This document shows positions 14,171 through 29,739 of a DNA stretch of 64,000 nucleotides, piece after piece. The stretch comes from the human T2T-CHM13v2.0 reference genome, Homo sapiens. Location of the stretch: NCBI GenBank assembly GCA_009914755.4, contig CP086569.2:18656001-18720000 (forward strand), in the 5' to 3' direction. The translations under genes were made by a program, and so were the position numbers. The notes under the pieces are model-generated. The model had not been told where the DNA came from, searched no databases, and worked only from the letters and a program-made list of their open reading frames with translations. Each line of letters starts with the position of its first letter. Positions within the stretch are counted from its first letter, which is position 1.

Positions 14171-14781
14171 CCAATCCAATATAAACAGCAACGAACTGTG
14201 AGAATTTTTCAAAGCTGATTTTCCACATCACTTTTCTTCACCAGCCACTTCTTTCCAGGCATTTTGTTTGTGTACTACTTGACCTGACTCTTATTCCTTG
14301 CTATAGGTGGCTCTGACTAGTATATTTCCTTTCCGCAAATGCCTCCTGGGAGTCAACTTCTGCACCCAAGAAAGCTCTGAGGTGGGCTAAAGAAAAGACT
14401 CTGAACTGAAAATCTCCAAGGGAACCTCAGACATTTTAAATCACACAACCGCAATTATTTGAAATAAGTTCTGTATTTCCACACATGCATCAAAATCTGC
14501 ATCTAGAATTTAATCTTATTCACGGTTTCCATGAAGCCATGGAGTGGGTGATGATGGGAAGTTAAAATGCCACATACTGTCTTGCCCAAACTTAGAGGTC
14601 AGGTCTTTCTTCATTAAACGCACCCTTGAGTGACGTTATTAGATTCCAGAGCTCCAAAAATCAAGTCTGAGGTTGTTGTCTCTTCCTTATATCTCTTCAC
14701 TTTTAACCCAATTAACTTTAATTACAGCGTAAAATAGAAAGTTGATTAAATCTACCTTGCTTTTTAATGTTCGGAGAGGTA

Positions 14782-15069
14782 TTTTTTGAGATGGAGTCTC
14801 ACTCTCTCACCCAGGCCAGAGTGCAGTGGTGCGATCTTGGCTCCCTGCAGCCTCTGCCTTCCAGGTTCAAGGGATTCTCTTGTCTCAGCTTCCTGAGTAG
14901 CTGGGATTACAGGCATGCACCCCCATGCCTAGCTAATGTTCTTATTTTTAGTAGAGAGGGCGTTTCACCATGATGGCCAGGCTTGTCTCAAACTCTTGAC
15001 CTCAAGTCATCCACCTGCCTCAGCCTCCCAAAGTGCTGGGATTACAGTCATGAGCCATCGTGTCCAGAC
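14782..15069 (-). mobile_element. Alu (antisense)
   Basis: ttttttgagatggagtctcactctctcacccaggccagagtgcagtggtgcgatcttggctccctgcagcc...cccaaagtgctgggattacagtcatgagccatcgtgtccagac. Confidence 0.9.
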
Positions 15070-16690
15070 TGTTTTGTAAGATTTTATTTGACACTGCTTC
15101 CATCATTATCATGAAAGCCATTCTGTCTTTCATGTAATAAGTAATAGTTAAGAAATACATGTTTTTGTTAGCAACTTATAAGTGATATGACTTTATTGTT
15201 TTCCAAATTATTAAGAGTTCAGTTTTCATTTCACCATAGCATGGTAGTTGTTACAAAAAATTAAGTTCCATCTTGGGTCAGTTTAATCTCACAGTCTCTA
15301 ACTAAAGTATTTGAGCGTAAAAATTAACTCTCTAAATAGACTACGTAATGTGCAGCTCATGTATTATTATTACATTAGTGGTGTTTTATATAATTAAATG
15401 TAAGGATGGTATTTTAGGACATTATCATACTCATCTTGTAGAGTCATACCCTCCTAAGAAGACAGAGTTACACTAGGTAGTTGTAGGCATATCACCATAG
15501 AGTTCAAAAGACACTCCTCAGATTTCACTAGGAAATGAGAAGTGAAATGTTACGACTGTTCTGGAAATATGGCCCTAACCAGTAAGGAGAAAGCTTGTGA
15601 CCTCTACAATAAAAGGAATGATAAATAATAAATTACTTGAGATTTTTCCATGTTTGTTTCCTGTATTGAGTTTTGAATAATAAAAAATGTAAATAATAAC
15701 TGTAATAATACATTTAAGTAATAAAAACGTTTAAGTAAATTTTAACTATTAAACATTTATATTTATTTATATGAATTAAATGGTCAATGTACATTTCTTT
15801 ATTCATATAACTTCAACAGGCTCTCAAGTATAGAGAAGAATATGTCAAGTTCACACCTCTAAATGTCTTACAGCTAGGATGGATACAAATGGAAGGAGTG
15901 AGTGAAAAAATAACATAAGCTTATCTGCAAATCAACTAAAATATTGTTTCATAAATACTATGTAGACTAAGTATTCAAAAACAATACTGAAATTACAAAG
16001 TTGTATTATTTATTATAATATTAAACACTTAGAGAGAGGTTATTATATCTCAGAATTTTAGCTTAAAATGGTGGATATAATAGTAAATAACACTGAAATG
16101 GCTCCTCACTTCATAAAGTAACAGTTAATAGTAAAGCAGAAAGGATCAAGAATAGAAAGGAAAAGACAAGAGATGTGTTTTATTCATTGAAAAGTAGAAT
16201 AATTCTAGACCCTCAATGAAAAATGAATTGAACAAGGTAACACAGAAGAAGGAAGTAAATTAAGATGTTGATACTATCATTTAGGGAACAATAAATGATG
16301 ACCTCACCTTTAATGCATAAACAGCAACAAGAAAAAAAAAACATTTGTAGGTGGTAGATAATAAAAAAGTTGTTATAGATAAAATATGAAAGAGACGAGG
16401 GAAAATAATTGGACGTGGAATATCCCCAGTTTTTATGTTATACAGGTGATGTAGTTTTGGACAAAAAATGATGGAAGAGAGAGGCATGTAGAAAGTGTAA
16501 AGAAGTTCAGGGGAAGTTTTAAATTTAGCTCTCTTAATCTTGGGTCACTCATCAGAAAAAGGAAAGCACAATGTTAGAAATTCAGAGATCATATCACTGG
16601 TTGAATTCCGATCATATCACTGGTTGAATTCCTTAGTACTACAGGTTTAAAACTTAAGAGGCTTTTGTCTCAAAACAACATCAACAAAAA

Positions 16691-16900
16691 GCCAGGTGTG
16701 GTAGTGTGCATCTGTAGTCTCAGCTACTGAGGAGACCAATGCAGGAAAATTGCTTAAGCCCAGCAATTTGAGGCTGTAGTCAGTCAAGGTCTCACTACTG
16801 CACTGCAGACTGCGTTACAGAACACTTTCTTAAAAAAAAGAAAGGAAAGAAAAGAAAAAGGGAAGGGAAAAGGGAAAGGAGAAAGGGAAGGAGAAAGAGG
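16691..16900 (+). mobile_element. Partial Alu (right-arm-like) followed by a purine-rich (GAAA/GGAA-type) tail
   Basis: gccaggtgtggtagtgtgcatctgtagtctcagctactgaggagaccaatgcaggaaaattgcttaagccc... then aaaaaaaagaaaggaaagaaaagaaaaagggaagggaaaagggaaagg. Confidence 0.7.
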
Positions 16901-17322
16901 TATTCTGTGTAGTTATATTAGTGGTCTAACAAACAGACATCTACGAGATAAAATGAAACAAAACACACTGACAATTAAATAGAGAAATCAGACGAAAGTT
17001 GAGTCATGTAATCCAAAGCAAAATAGTATTTCAAGAATGAGGGTGTGAATCAGTTTTACAGATACACACGACTGTTTGAGTAATACGCAATAGACAAGTG
17101 ATATATGGGATTTAGTGACAAGTATAAGATATGATTCCAAAAACAGGGTAAATGCCTGAAGAAAGGAGAGTTAAGAAAAATAAAATTAAACCTTGTCACA
17201 GGCAACTCTTTCCATGAGTCTTCCTATCATAGAAAATAAATAAATGAGTTGACAGTGGCATATCTAGAACTAAGACAAGCAGCATGTAGATCTAGTAAAG
17301 AAAATGATCAAATGGGGTGTGG

Positions 17323-17595
17323 CATCTTACACCTGTAATTGCAGCACTTTGGGAGGCTGAGGTGGGGGATCATTTGAGGTCAGTTTGAGACCAGCCTTGG
17401 CAACACGGTGAAACCCCATCACAATTATAAGTTCTAAAACTAGCCAAGCGTGGTAGTGCATACCTGTAATATCAGATACTCAGGAGGCTGAGGCAGGAGA
17501 ATCAATCACCTGAATCCAAGAGGCCAAGGTTGCACTGAGTCAAGATTGTGCCAGAGACTCTCTCTCAAAAAAATTAAACTAAACTAAAATAAAAA
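17323..17595 (+). mobile_element. Alu
   Basis: ggggtgtggcatcttacacctgtaattgcagcactttgggaggctgaggtgggggatcatttgaggtcag...gtgccagagactctctctcaaaaaaa. Confidence 0.88.
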
Positions 17596-18208
17596 GAAAT
17601 GATCCTGCAGGTAGAGCAAAGAAGTAATGGTACAAGGAGACAACAAATAATAAGCAAATCAGTGTTTTAAGAAGCTGGGAAATCCAAAGCAAAGGCGAAG
17701 AGGGTCATAACAAGGAGCAGTAAAAAATATACACAAATCTACACAAGTTTTATTTTTGGTGGTGATTTCTCAGGAAAAAGAAACACAAAAGAAAGTGTGA
17801 ATAAGAAAGTTGTCACCATTGCCTTGGTAGAAAAAAATGGAGAAAAACCACCACCAACAAAATAATGTAAATTATACAATGTTAAGATCTAGTGTTCTTC
17901 ATCCCTTCCCATGGTGTTTGTTTCCTCAAGAAATAACAGAAGCCAAATATTCAAAATAGAAGGAAACATTAGCATATATTACTGTCTACATATATTAAGT
18001 CAAGTTTGTTTTAACTGCAATTCATTCTTTTAAAATTTGTATTTTAAATTAACAAATATAAATATTTATGGGACACAAAGTGATTTTATAATTCATGTAT
18101 ATATTGCAAAAGAATTATATTGGGCTAGTTACCATATCCATTACCTCACATACATACCATTTCTTTCTTTGTGGTAAGAATATATAAATTCTACATTTTA
18201 AACAATCC

Positions 18209-18509
<301 letters not shown>

Positions 18510-18689
18510 TAAACAATTTTTAAGTTGACATTTATTAACTGTGATCACCATTCTGTGCAAAGGATCACCAGAACTTCTTCCTGTCTCACTGAAATTTGTT
18601 ACCCTTTGATGAACACCTCCCCTTTCTCTATCCACGCCCATCACCACCCCACACTCCAATCTCTGACTACTTTTTGTGTGTTTGTAGAA

Positions 18690-18838
18690 AGAGTCACGGC
18701 CTTGCTGCATTGCCCAGGCTGGAGTACAGTGACACAATTATGGCTCACGGTGGCTTCAAACTTCTGACCTCAAGTGATCCAACCACCTCATCCTCCCTTA
18801 GTGCTGGAGTGACAGGCATGAGCCACCACATCTGGCAT
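18690..18838 (-). mobile_element. Alu-like monomer fragment (antisense)
   Basis: cattgcccaggctggagtacagtgacacaattatggctcacggtggcttcaaacttctgacctcaagtgatccaaccacctcatcctccc...gacaggcatgagccaccacatctggc. Confidence 0.6.
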
Positions 18839-18984
18839 ATTCACAGTTTGAATGAGTTCAACTTTTTTAGATTTTACATATAATAGTGATCATTCTATAC
18901 TTGTCTTTCTGTGCCTCTCTTATTACACTGAGCATAATATCTTCCAATTCCATTCATTTTGTCACAAATAAATAAAAGATCTTC

Positions 18985-19200
18985 CTCCTTTTTTAAGGCT
19001 GTATAGTATATCTCATTGTGTATATGTGCCACACTTTATCTCTTGATGTGCACTTAGGTTGTTACCGTATCTTGGCTGTTATGAATAATGCTGAGATGAA
19101 TATAGAAGTGCAGATATCTCATTGCCATGCTAATTTTATATCCTTTGAGTACGTATCTGGAAGTAGAGTAGCTGGATTATGTGGTAATTCTTATTTTTAA
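18985..19200 (-). mobile_element. Short old L1 ORF2 3'-end fragment (antisense)
   Basis: ggctgtatagtatatctcattgtgtatatgtgccacactttatctcttgatgtgcacttaggttgttaccgtatcttggctgttatgaataatgctgagatgaatatagaagtgcagatatctc is the reverse complement of the conserved MEYY..HNS..NIHV region of ORF2. Confidence 0.5.
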
Positions 19201-19773
19201 TTTAACTGTATTTTTGAACACTCAATTCTATGACCCCAAAAGCACAGACTAGAAAAGCACAACAAAAAACAATTGGATCACATTACATCAAACTAAAATG
19301 TTTCTGTACCACAGAGGGAAAAGGGTGAAAAGCAAATGTTCACTGATAGTGTATATGCTATATTACAAGCACTTATTAAATTAAAGGTATAGGTTCCAAA
19401 ATGTACTAGGTGAAAAATGTATTATGGTTATTTTTTCTGCTTAGTTTTTGTAGCCAGATGGATTTTTCATTTTGTTTTGTTTAATAAGCTGTACAATTAT
19501 ATTTAAGAAAACAAAAATTATTAATGCATAGTCACATTAGAAAAATCAATTTTATTAGAAACTACTTCCAAGGTTTTGTTGTTTATATTTTTTATGAGTA
19601 TCTTTATAAAGTCACACTCAGCCTCTTTACTCTTTGTTCTGTGAAAGTATATATGGATATTGCATACTCACTTATTGAAAATATCCTACCCTTCTCCATG
19701 AGTGATAGTAATTCCTCAGCTGCTTACTTTTATTCTTTTAACTGAATTTTCTCCAGATGCTTACACAATATCA

Positions 19774-19890
<117 letters not shown>

Positions 19891-19893
19891 CTA

Positions 19894-20034
<141 letters not shown>

Positions 20035-20103
20035 TCATTTGACAGCTGCAGTTTCACTGCTGACAAGCAGGAGAATTGATGGCAGCATATACTAGCATGA
20101 TTA

Positions 20104-20475
<372 letters not shown>

Positions 20476-21529
20476 TCATTAGTAATGGCCACTTTCTCTT
20501 TTAAACTTGCCAAGTTAAGATATATTTCTCCCAACCCACCTCCTTCGGAAAATAATTTACATACAAAAAAGAAAGAAAAAAAAAGATTTGTTATCTTTCC
20601 ATTATCAGGGATTTAGTGAATATATGCATGCAAAACATATAAAATAAAGAATAAGTGAATACACACATACACAAATTTATAAATGTATATACACATTCCC
20701 TTAAAATAAAATAACTGGAACTCATGAAATTGGATAGAGACATTTGTATCTGACGTTACAAGGTGTGACAGCACCTAGAAAGAAGTCTCAATTAAGAACA
20801 AATAAAATTGCGTGAATTAGATCTTGAAAAGGTAGTTTCTTTTTTATATAAAGTTAGAGTGTAAAGTAGGAAATTACGGTGTAAAATAGGAGGTGAATGC
20901 AATATAAACTGTGTTTTAGACTCTGGTGATAACAGGAAATCGGAAATAAGCTGTGGAGTTCAAGTAAATTCTGGAAGTGGAGCTGCCAGATTTTGCTGTG
21001 TGATGGAATACAAGGTACTAGAGAAGCAGAAAAATTAAAAGTTTTAGAAATTAAGTGATTTGTGTGGGCATGTTTTTGTTTGTGTGTACTTAGGTAATTT
21101 TATCAGAAGTTTTTAATACGAAAATTAATTTAATTTTGACATTGTTATCCCAATAATTAGACTAATATGCACAAGGAAGAAAAACAAAATTATGTAGTAG
21201 CTGTATAATCAGTTTAAACAATCTTCTACTACATTCAGTTGAAAGAGTAAAAATTCATTTCACATATACAGAAGGGTTAAAATAATACAGTCTTCATACA
21301 CAATGAAATGAAGCCAGAAAACAAAAAGAGGCCAAATAGTCTTTACTCATCTAAAGTAACTATTCATTTTCTAACACCATTTAGAAAATGAATATCGAGA
21401 GTCCATTTATTCCTTCAGGGATACCCAAAGAGAAACTCTAAAGCAATAACATTCTTAACTGCATTTATGAGAAATAAGACTGAATAAAAAGAAATGATCT
21501 AAAAGTTAAATTTTAGAAAGTAAATTTTA

Positions 21530-21795
21530 GCTGGGTGTAGTGACTCATACCTGTAACCCTAGCACTTTAGCAGGCTGAGGTGAGTAGATCACTTGAGCCC
21601 AACAATAACAACAAGAAAACACCAAAAATGTTATCCAGGCATGGTGGCACATTCCTGTAGTCTCAACTATTCAGGAGGTGGAGGTGGGATGCTCACTTGG
21701 GCGAAGGAGGTAGGCATAGTACATTTTGCCTTGGGACATTTATTTGCCTGTCCCCTTGCCCCAGCACTTTGGGAGGTTGATACCCAGGGGTAATC
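21530..21795 (+). mobile_element. Alu (diverged)
   Basis: agctgggtgtagtgactcatacctgtaaccctagcactttagcaggctgaggtgagtagatcacttgagccc...ccaggcatggtggcacattcctgtagtctcaactattcaggaggtggaggtgggatgctcacttg. Confidence 0.8.
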
Positions 21796-22640
21796 ATGTA
21801 GACCAACCCCGGCAACAGATTAGAAACTATGATCTCCGCAGAATGGAGCTGAGTTCCAGTCAATATTCCCACTGATTGACTACAGTAACCTCAGACACTG
21901 AATAAAGATCAGAGGGCAGACCATGGAAGTTACAGGCCTTGAGTGCATCCAGTGCTCAACTGTGTGATACAGGTGCAACCTGGCACTGAGTCGACTTTGT
22001 CAGTCAAATTACTCCAGCCATGAAAGTCTGCTCATTAATGTTTCCCCTCGTGCTACCAGGGCTGAAGCTATCATAGGCTAAAATACCTTAATTTCCTCCT
22101 CCTTGCCCTGAATCTCCGGACAGCCTTACTGTGGAAGAAAGCTTCCAAACAAAGGCAAACTACAAACACTGCATTAGGCACCTACATCACTGCACAGACA
22201 TTGATGCATAGTCACAAGCATTAGGATCAATGAGAGAAACATGACGGCATCAAGTGGTCAAAATAAAGTGCTGGTGGTGACTGACCCAAAAGAGATGGGC
22301 ATGGACACAAGGCCTGACAAGGAATTCAAAATACTTGTTTGAAGACAATGCAGTGGACTTCAGCAAAACACAAAGAATTCTGAAATTTATCAGAGAAGCT
22401 TACAGAAGAGATTAAAATACGGGAGGAAAAAACAAACAGAAATCTTGAAGAATAAAACACAACAAAATAAAAAATGCAATTGACAGCAGTGACAATAGAA
22501 GTGGTCAAGCAGCAAAACTCAAAGGGAGGTCAATTCAAAATATACAGTTAGAGGAGAAAACATAAATAAGATTCATGAGATTAATGGGATAACATCCAAA
22601 GAGCCAATGTGTCAGACACTGGCATTCAAGAGTGTGGTAG

Positions 22641-22952
22641 AGCCGGGTGTGATGGCCCATGCCTGTATCTTCAGCACTTTGCGGGGCCAAGGCGGGTGGA
22701 TCATATGTTGTCAGGAGCTTGAGAGTAGCCCGGACAATATGGTGAAATGGTTTATCTATTATAATACAAAAATTAGCCGGGTGTATTGGTGGACATCTGC
22801 GATCCCAGCTACTCAGAAACCTGAGTCAGGAGAATCACTGGAACTCAGGAGAATCACTGGAAACCAGGAAGTGGATGCTGCAGTGAGCCACAATCACACC
22901 ATTGCACTCCAACCTGCGAGACAAGAGCAAACCTCCATCTCAAAAAAAAAAA
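22641..22952 (+). mobile_element. Alu with an internal 18-bp duplication (aggagaatcactggaa twice)
   Basis: agccgggtgtgatggcccatgcctgtatcttcagcactttgcggggccaaggcgggtggatc...ctcaaaaaaaaaaag. Confidence 0.88.
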
Positions 22953-25395
22953 GTGTAAGAAAAGAGTAGAAAGCTTATTTGGATAAATAATAACAGAAGC
23001 CTTTTCAAACTTAAATAAAATATAAATATTCTGCTATAGGAATCTTGAAGGCTTACAATCACATTCAATTTCAATAAACATATCCCTGTGACTTAATATA
23101 ATCAAACCACCAAACATCAGAAACAAAGAGAGGATACAGAATTAAGCAGCAGAAAAAAAATAACATATTATAACGGGAATACATCCATACAAATAATATA
23201 TGCATATATATAATACAAATGTTAATAGATCCAAAGGAAGAAAAAAATGCAAGATAATATTAGAAAAATTCAGCACCTTACTTTCAGCAATGAATAGATA
23301 ATGCAGACAGAATTTAACAAGTAAACATTGGATGAAAATGCCATGTAGTGAAAATGCTAAAAACAGTTACTGAACTATCCATCCAAGAGCTATAGAATAA
23401 ACATTCTTCTCCACTGCATACATGAGATATCTTTCAGGATATGTCATACATTAGGTAAAAAATCACATCTTAATGAATTTGGAAAGATCAAACTCACATA
23501 AAGTATCTCTTCTGAAATCACTAATTCATAAGTACATCAAAATTAAACAACATGCTCCTGAATAACCAATGAGTCAGTGAGGACATTAAAGAGAAAACAC
23601 CATATTTCTTGAGACAAAAATAGAAACACAACACACCAAAACCTATGAGATTCAACCAAAGCAGTTTTAAGAGGGAAGTTATGACAATAAATGCCTTCAA
23701 CTATGAGAAGATATCAGATATACAACTTGATGTTTCAATGAAGGAATTAGAAAAACATAAATCTAAACTCAAAAGTAAAAACAAAAAACAAAAACAAAAA
23801 ACAACAAAAGAAAACAAAGCCCCTGATAAAGGAAATCAGAGCCATAAAAGAGATACCATAACTGATACCCAGAAACAAATTAATGGTAAGAAATCAAATC
23901 AGCAATAAAAGATCACCTATTAAAGAAAAGCCCAGGACCTGATGTATTCACTCTTGCATTCTACCTACCACAAAAAATAAACTGCTGCCAATTTTTTTTA
24001 ACCTAGTCAAAACATAACACAAAAAGGAAGATATGGGAACTGTTCCAACTCATTCCATTGGGATGGCATTATTCTGATTACAAAACCAGACAAGGATACA
24101 AGAAAAAAGAGAGAACTATGGGCCAAAATATCTGATAAACATAATGTAAAAATCCTCAATAAAATACTGGGAAAATGACTTATAATGCCCATTTAGAAAA
24201 TCATTCACCGTGATCAAGTGAGATTATAGGGATGCAGGAATGGTTTAATACACTAGAATCATTAAATGTCATACATTATATCAACAAAATAAAGAACAAA
24301 ATCTATGCAGTCATTTCAATAAGTGAAAAAAGTTTTGACAAAATTCAACAGTTTCACAATAAAATCTCTTAACAAATTATGCGTGGAACAACCGTAACTC
24401 AACACAACAAAAGACACAGACCCGAATAACCAGATAACACCACATATACAAGCCCTTAGCTAATATCACACTCAAAGGGAATTAAAAGTTGAAAGCTTTT
24501 CTGTGAAGATCTGAAGGAAGACCAAGATGTTCATTTTCACTACTTCTATTAATGTAATAATAAAAGTCCTTAGCCGGAAAAATTAGACAAGAGAAAGTAA
24601 GAAAAGCTACCCAAATTAGAGAGGAAGAAATAAAATTGTCCATACATGCTAATGACAAACTATGGAAATCCTTAAACACACAACTAAAAAGTAGTTAGAA
24701 CTAATACAGAAGGTCAGTAAAGTTTCAGTTTACAAAATCAACATATAAAATTGGATAGCATTTCCATACACTAACAGCAAAATACCAAAAAAAACAACAA
24801 CAACAACAAAGATTAAGAACACAATCTCATTCACAATAGGTATGGGGGATAAAAGGGAATAAATTTAACCAAGGAGATTTAAAAAATCTGCATTCTGAAA
24901 TCTATGAAACACTAATAAAATGTTAAAATGACATAAATGAGTGGAAAGATATTTATGTTCATTGATTGGAAAAAGTAATATGGTTAAAATGTTTATATGA
25001 TCCAAAGAAGTGCACAAGTTGAGTGCAGTCTCTATCAAAACACCAATGGCATTTTTCACAGAAATTGAAAAAAATCCTAAATAAATATGAAACCACAAAA
25101 ATAAAACCATGAATAGCCAAAGCCATCCTGAAGATGTCAATGGGGTTAGGGATTGAATCCACAGAACTGGGCATGCCACAATGCTATAAACCAATACAAC
25201 AGAACACAGTGAGCAAAAATAAATCTACACCTGTATAGCCAACTGATATTCTGCAGAGGTGGCAAGAAAACCAAATGAGGAAATGTCAGTCTCTTCAATA
25301 AGTGGTGCTGGGAAAACAAGAGAGCTACATGCAGAAGGACCTAATTACAACCCTATCTCTCACTGAATACAAAAATTAACTCAAATGGATTAAAA

Positions 25396-25548
25396 AGCCC
25401 GGTACAGTGATGTGCCCCTATAATTTTAGCTACTCAGGGGTCCCAGAAGGGAGGATCACCTGAGCCTAGCTGTTCAAAGCTATAGCGTGAAACACTTATG
25501 CCACTGCACTCTACACTAGGTAATATTGTGAGACCTCACCTATAAGAA
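25396..25548 (+). mobile_element. Alu right-arm fragment
   Basis: gcccggtacagtgatgtgcccctataattttagctactcaggggtcccagaagggaggatcacctgagcc...gcactctacactaggtaatattgtgagacctcacc. Confidence 0.7.
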
Positions 25549-25939
25549 TACATACTTAAAAACATTTAAAATTAAAGATGTAATGACAACAGCAATCTGT
25601 CAAACTAGTAGAATAAATCACAAAATATATTTAATGACCTTGGTCTGGGCAAGAATATTTTTGGATAAGACTTCAAAAACACAAGCAAAAAAAATGCACA
25701 AACAGAAAAATAAGGTTACATCATACTAGAAAAATTCCTTACAGCAAAAAATAAAAATAAAATAAAATAAATCACCAGACTAATGTAATGAGAGCAAATA
25801 TTTGCCAACTGTATATCAGACAAGGGGTTAATCAAAATGTACAAGGAACTAAAAACAGATTCAAAAGAACAAGAAAATAATAACCCAATTAAAAATAAGT
25901 ATCTTCTGTTTCCCAAAGAATGTATATACACAGCTAACA

Positions 25940-25971
25940 GGTGTGTGTGTATGTGTGTGTGTGTGGCTGTG

Positions 25972-26002
<31 letters not shown>

Positions 26003-26012
26003 TATACATAAA
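25940..26012. repeat. (GT)n-(TA)3-(CA)n quasi-palindromic dinucleotide microsatellite
   Basis: caggtgtgtgtgtatgtgtgtgtgtgtggctgtgtatatatacacacacacacacacacacac. Confidence 0.9.
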
Positions 26013-26040
26013 TATCTCAACATTTCTCATCATCACAGAA

Positions 26041-26262
26041 TTGCAACCTCTACCTTCCAGGTTCAAGTGATTCTACTGCCTCAACCTCCTAAGTAGCTGG
26101 GATTACAGGCGTGTGCCACCACACCCAGCTACTTTTGTATTTGTAGTAGGGGTGGTTTCACCATGTCCTCTAAGCTTGCCTCGAACTGCCATCTTCAGGT
26201 GATCTGTATGCCTTGGCCTTTAAAAGTGCTGGGATTAGAGGTGTGAGCCACCATCCTCAGCC
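26041..26262 (-). mobile_element. Alu (antisense, truncated)
   Basis: ttgcaacctctaccttccaggttcaagtgattctactgcctcaacctcctaagtagctgggattacaggcgtgtgccaccacacccagcta...gtgctgggattagaggtgtgagccaccatcctcagcc. Confidence 0.85.
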
Positions 26263-26264
26263 TA

Positions 26265-26628
<364 letters not shown>

Positions 26629-27783
26629 TAGATGTGTTTCTACTACACGGAGATTTATTGGTTCTAATATTTTCAGGTGTTTTATTTATTTGTTGAGTTT
26701 TCTGGCTAATGTATTGTTCATTTTTTGTTGTTTCTGCCTAAGTCCTTTTCTTTCAGGAGATTCAGTCAATTAAACTTAAATTATCTCCAGAGTATGGCCC
26801 AAAATCACTTCATGCATTATAACTGGTATTAATTCTTTGGCTTTGCAGGAGTATTTATTGCCCTGCTAGTGCCACCAACTGCCCTCGCTATTACTAATTT
26901 TTATTTGCATAGAAGATTAAATCGTGAGATTGCACATTTTTGCATGTGTTTATAAACTTCTGCACTTACCTTTTAAAGAAAGGTAACACTTATCCCCAGT
27001 GACTCCTAATTCTATAAAATGTATATTTTTTATATATTTTACTATCTTGGAAGTCTAAATGCAGATCTGAATGAAATTAGTTCTTACAAAATTTACAGTA
27101 CTCGTGAAAATCAGTATAGTAACAGACAAGTCATATGGAAATGAATTGTTTAGCTACATTTTGATATTCCAAGTCACAGCTCCAAATTTAAGGATGAGTA
27201 GAAAATCTACCACTAACATGTTAAATCACATGAGTTGACAAATAAAACTTATGAGATTATTTTTGAGCCATACTTTCTTCTGTCTCACTCTACCCTCATT
27301 CCTTAATTTAAGGTTATATTCATATCCCTCATTGCTATTTAGAATGCCCATTAGGCTGAATGAGAATAATATTAAAAGGAGCAGAAAAAAACCACTAACT
27401 AAATTCCATTTTCATTTTTTTTTTTAAAAGCTATCATTATCTTATGACTGATAAAAATTGAATAGGAAAATTTTCAGAATTGTGAAAACTAAATAAAACT
27501 AAACAGGGATGTATTTCAGTTAGAGGAACAATGATTATCCCATCCTTAATCTTGTTAGGGAACTATTTGTATTCTATTTACTTGTTGGAAACAGAATGAG
27601 AGACATTTGTGTCGTCACTTACCTCACCATAGATCCTAAAGGAAGAACGTGCCAAAAAAAGTAATGTAGCTTTATTTCTTCTAAAGTCTTTGTTGAAAAA
27701 CATTAGGGTAATTTGATCCAAAAGTACTTACACAGTAATAAAGTTCACGGCAAATGACATCAGAATCTGTCAATAGCTTTTCA

Positions 27784-27975
<192 letters not shown>

Positions 27976-29739
27976 TCAAACTCTTCTTGTCAGTGAATCC
28001 AGTATAGTTCTGTATCAAATCCAAACAGAAGAAAACAAGATTCTGTATAATTCACTATTCATGGAAAATGTAAAAAGGTAAGTATGGATCACTAATCACA
28101 ATAAAACATATATATCTGGTTTAGGAAATATTGAACCACCACTTGACATATGCAGTCAATTAAAGCATTTGACATAATTTAGTCAATATGTCAAATAACT
28201 TGACATATTATTTCTTCAGCAAACAATGTTTCAAGGAAATAGACAATAAAACTTCTATGATGCCTTAACTACCTCTTAACACCAAGATGATACTCCTGTC
28301 TTCAAGTAGTAAGAAGAAAGGGATATATTTCTCATAAGTTTTCTTTTGGTGCTCTACAGTCAATGTCTGCTGCTGACATTGACTAAAACAAAATGGCACA
28401 AGGTCTAAGCCAAGTCCAACCATGATGACACTAAGAAAACTATCTAGCAGATATTTCTGATTTGGAAAGGAATACAAAACAGTGAGCCCTTTAAGTTCCA
28501 CTTATTGTTAGATGTTGGTCATTTTGCATTTAAAATACTGTTTCTTGGCGTGATGCTATGAAGTTATTAATCAAGTAAAGTTTCAATATAAATAGAATGG
28601 AAATCCAGACTTTGCATGGTTATAGAAGATGTAAATTCTATTTTGTTGGGGGGTATGAAATAGCTCATATTAGGTTCTTTCTAGACAAACTGTCAGAGAA
28701 ATTAATGATATATTGTGAAGGTCAATTAGTCATTATGGGTGGGAAGCAATCAATATTCAACAAAAATGGCTAAAAAGGAAGATAAAAGGCAACAGTACTT
28801 TTAAATCCAGTAAATATTGGAAAGGAATTTAGACAGCTTTTCTGAATAAAAATTCTGTTAATATAATAAAAAGGCATGAAATGTGTAAGAATATAATGCA
28901 AATTATCAGAGAGAGAACATAATATTTCCCAAGAAGATGTTGGTCATTTGTTAAAATATATCAATGGGAAAAATAGAAGTAGCAGTTTAAAAAAGTGGGA
29001 GGGAAGAATCAAGAAGTTACCTATTTTGTTTTTATTTGATAATATGTTCATTTCCTGAACTTTCTTTGCATTGCTTTTATTCTCATAACTTATCATAAAC
29101 ATCCTTTCCTCCAATTTGTTAAGTTTTATACTGTACAGTATTAAATTCCTCAACTTCTGTTGTTTGTTATTCTGATCTAAATCACACCTTTATCTATATG
29201 CACGTATTTATTCAAAGACAAAACCTTTATCACGTTTTAAAATACATCCTCCTGGACCCAACCCATCAATGTGATTGATCTTTTCCTCTTTCGTGTAATT
29301 TCTTTTGTTCTCTTCTTCACTGCCCTGATTTCCTTATCACACATATATAAAAACTCCATATTTTATGATCCACAACAGAAACTGTCTCTTTTGGTACTGA
29401 CATTTTTCTCTGCTTTTAATATCAACAGAGAATTTCTATTAGTGATTTTCTTTCCATCAGTTCATATACTGTCTCAGGTTTTATCCCACAACAAGGAAGT
29501 CACAGTCCTTTCTCAAAGGCCATCGGTGACACCCTAATTGCTAAATTTAAAATGTTACATTGAATTTCAGGTGAGTATTTTTTCCATTGGTAATATGCTC
29601 TCATTTGAAAATTCCACTTACCTTACCAGTCAGGCACTCATCCCCAACAGTCTACCAAATATACTATACTTAAAATAATCACCTTTTTTTGGCCAAATAT
29701 TTATATATATATATATATTAATTTTAATTTCTTGTCTTT

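Larger units (their letters stand above)
21800..25940 (+). mobile_element. Ancient LINE-1 (L1M-like) in sense orientation: ORF1 region then a decayed ORF2, split by two Alu insertions
   Basis: 23880-25400 translates in broken frames to ORF2 RT and C-terminal motifs (KPDKDT.KKRE..ISDK.NVKILNKIL, FADD-region, SGAGKTRELHAEGPNYNP, KDLNRHF-like). 22960-23640 carries the ORF2 EN-to-RT linker (TKAVLRGK). The 3' part continues after the Alu at about 25550-25940. Confidence 0.7.
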
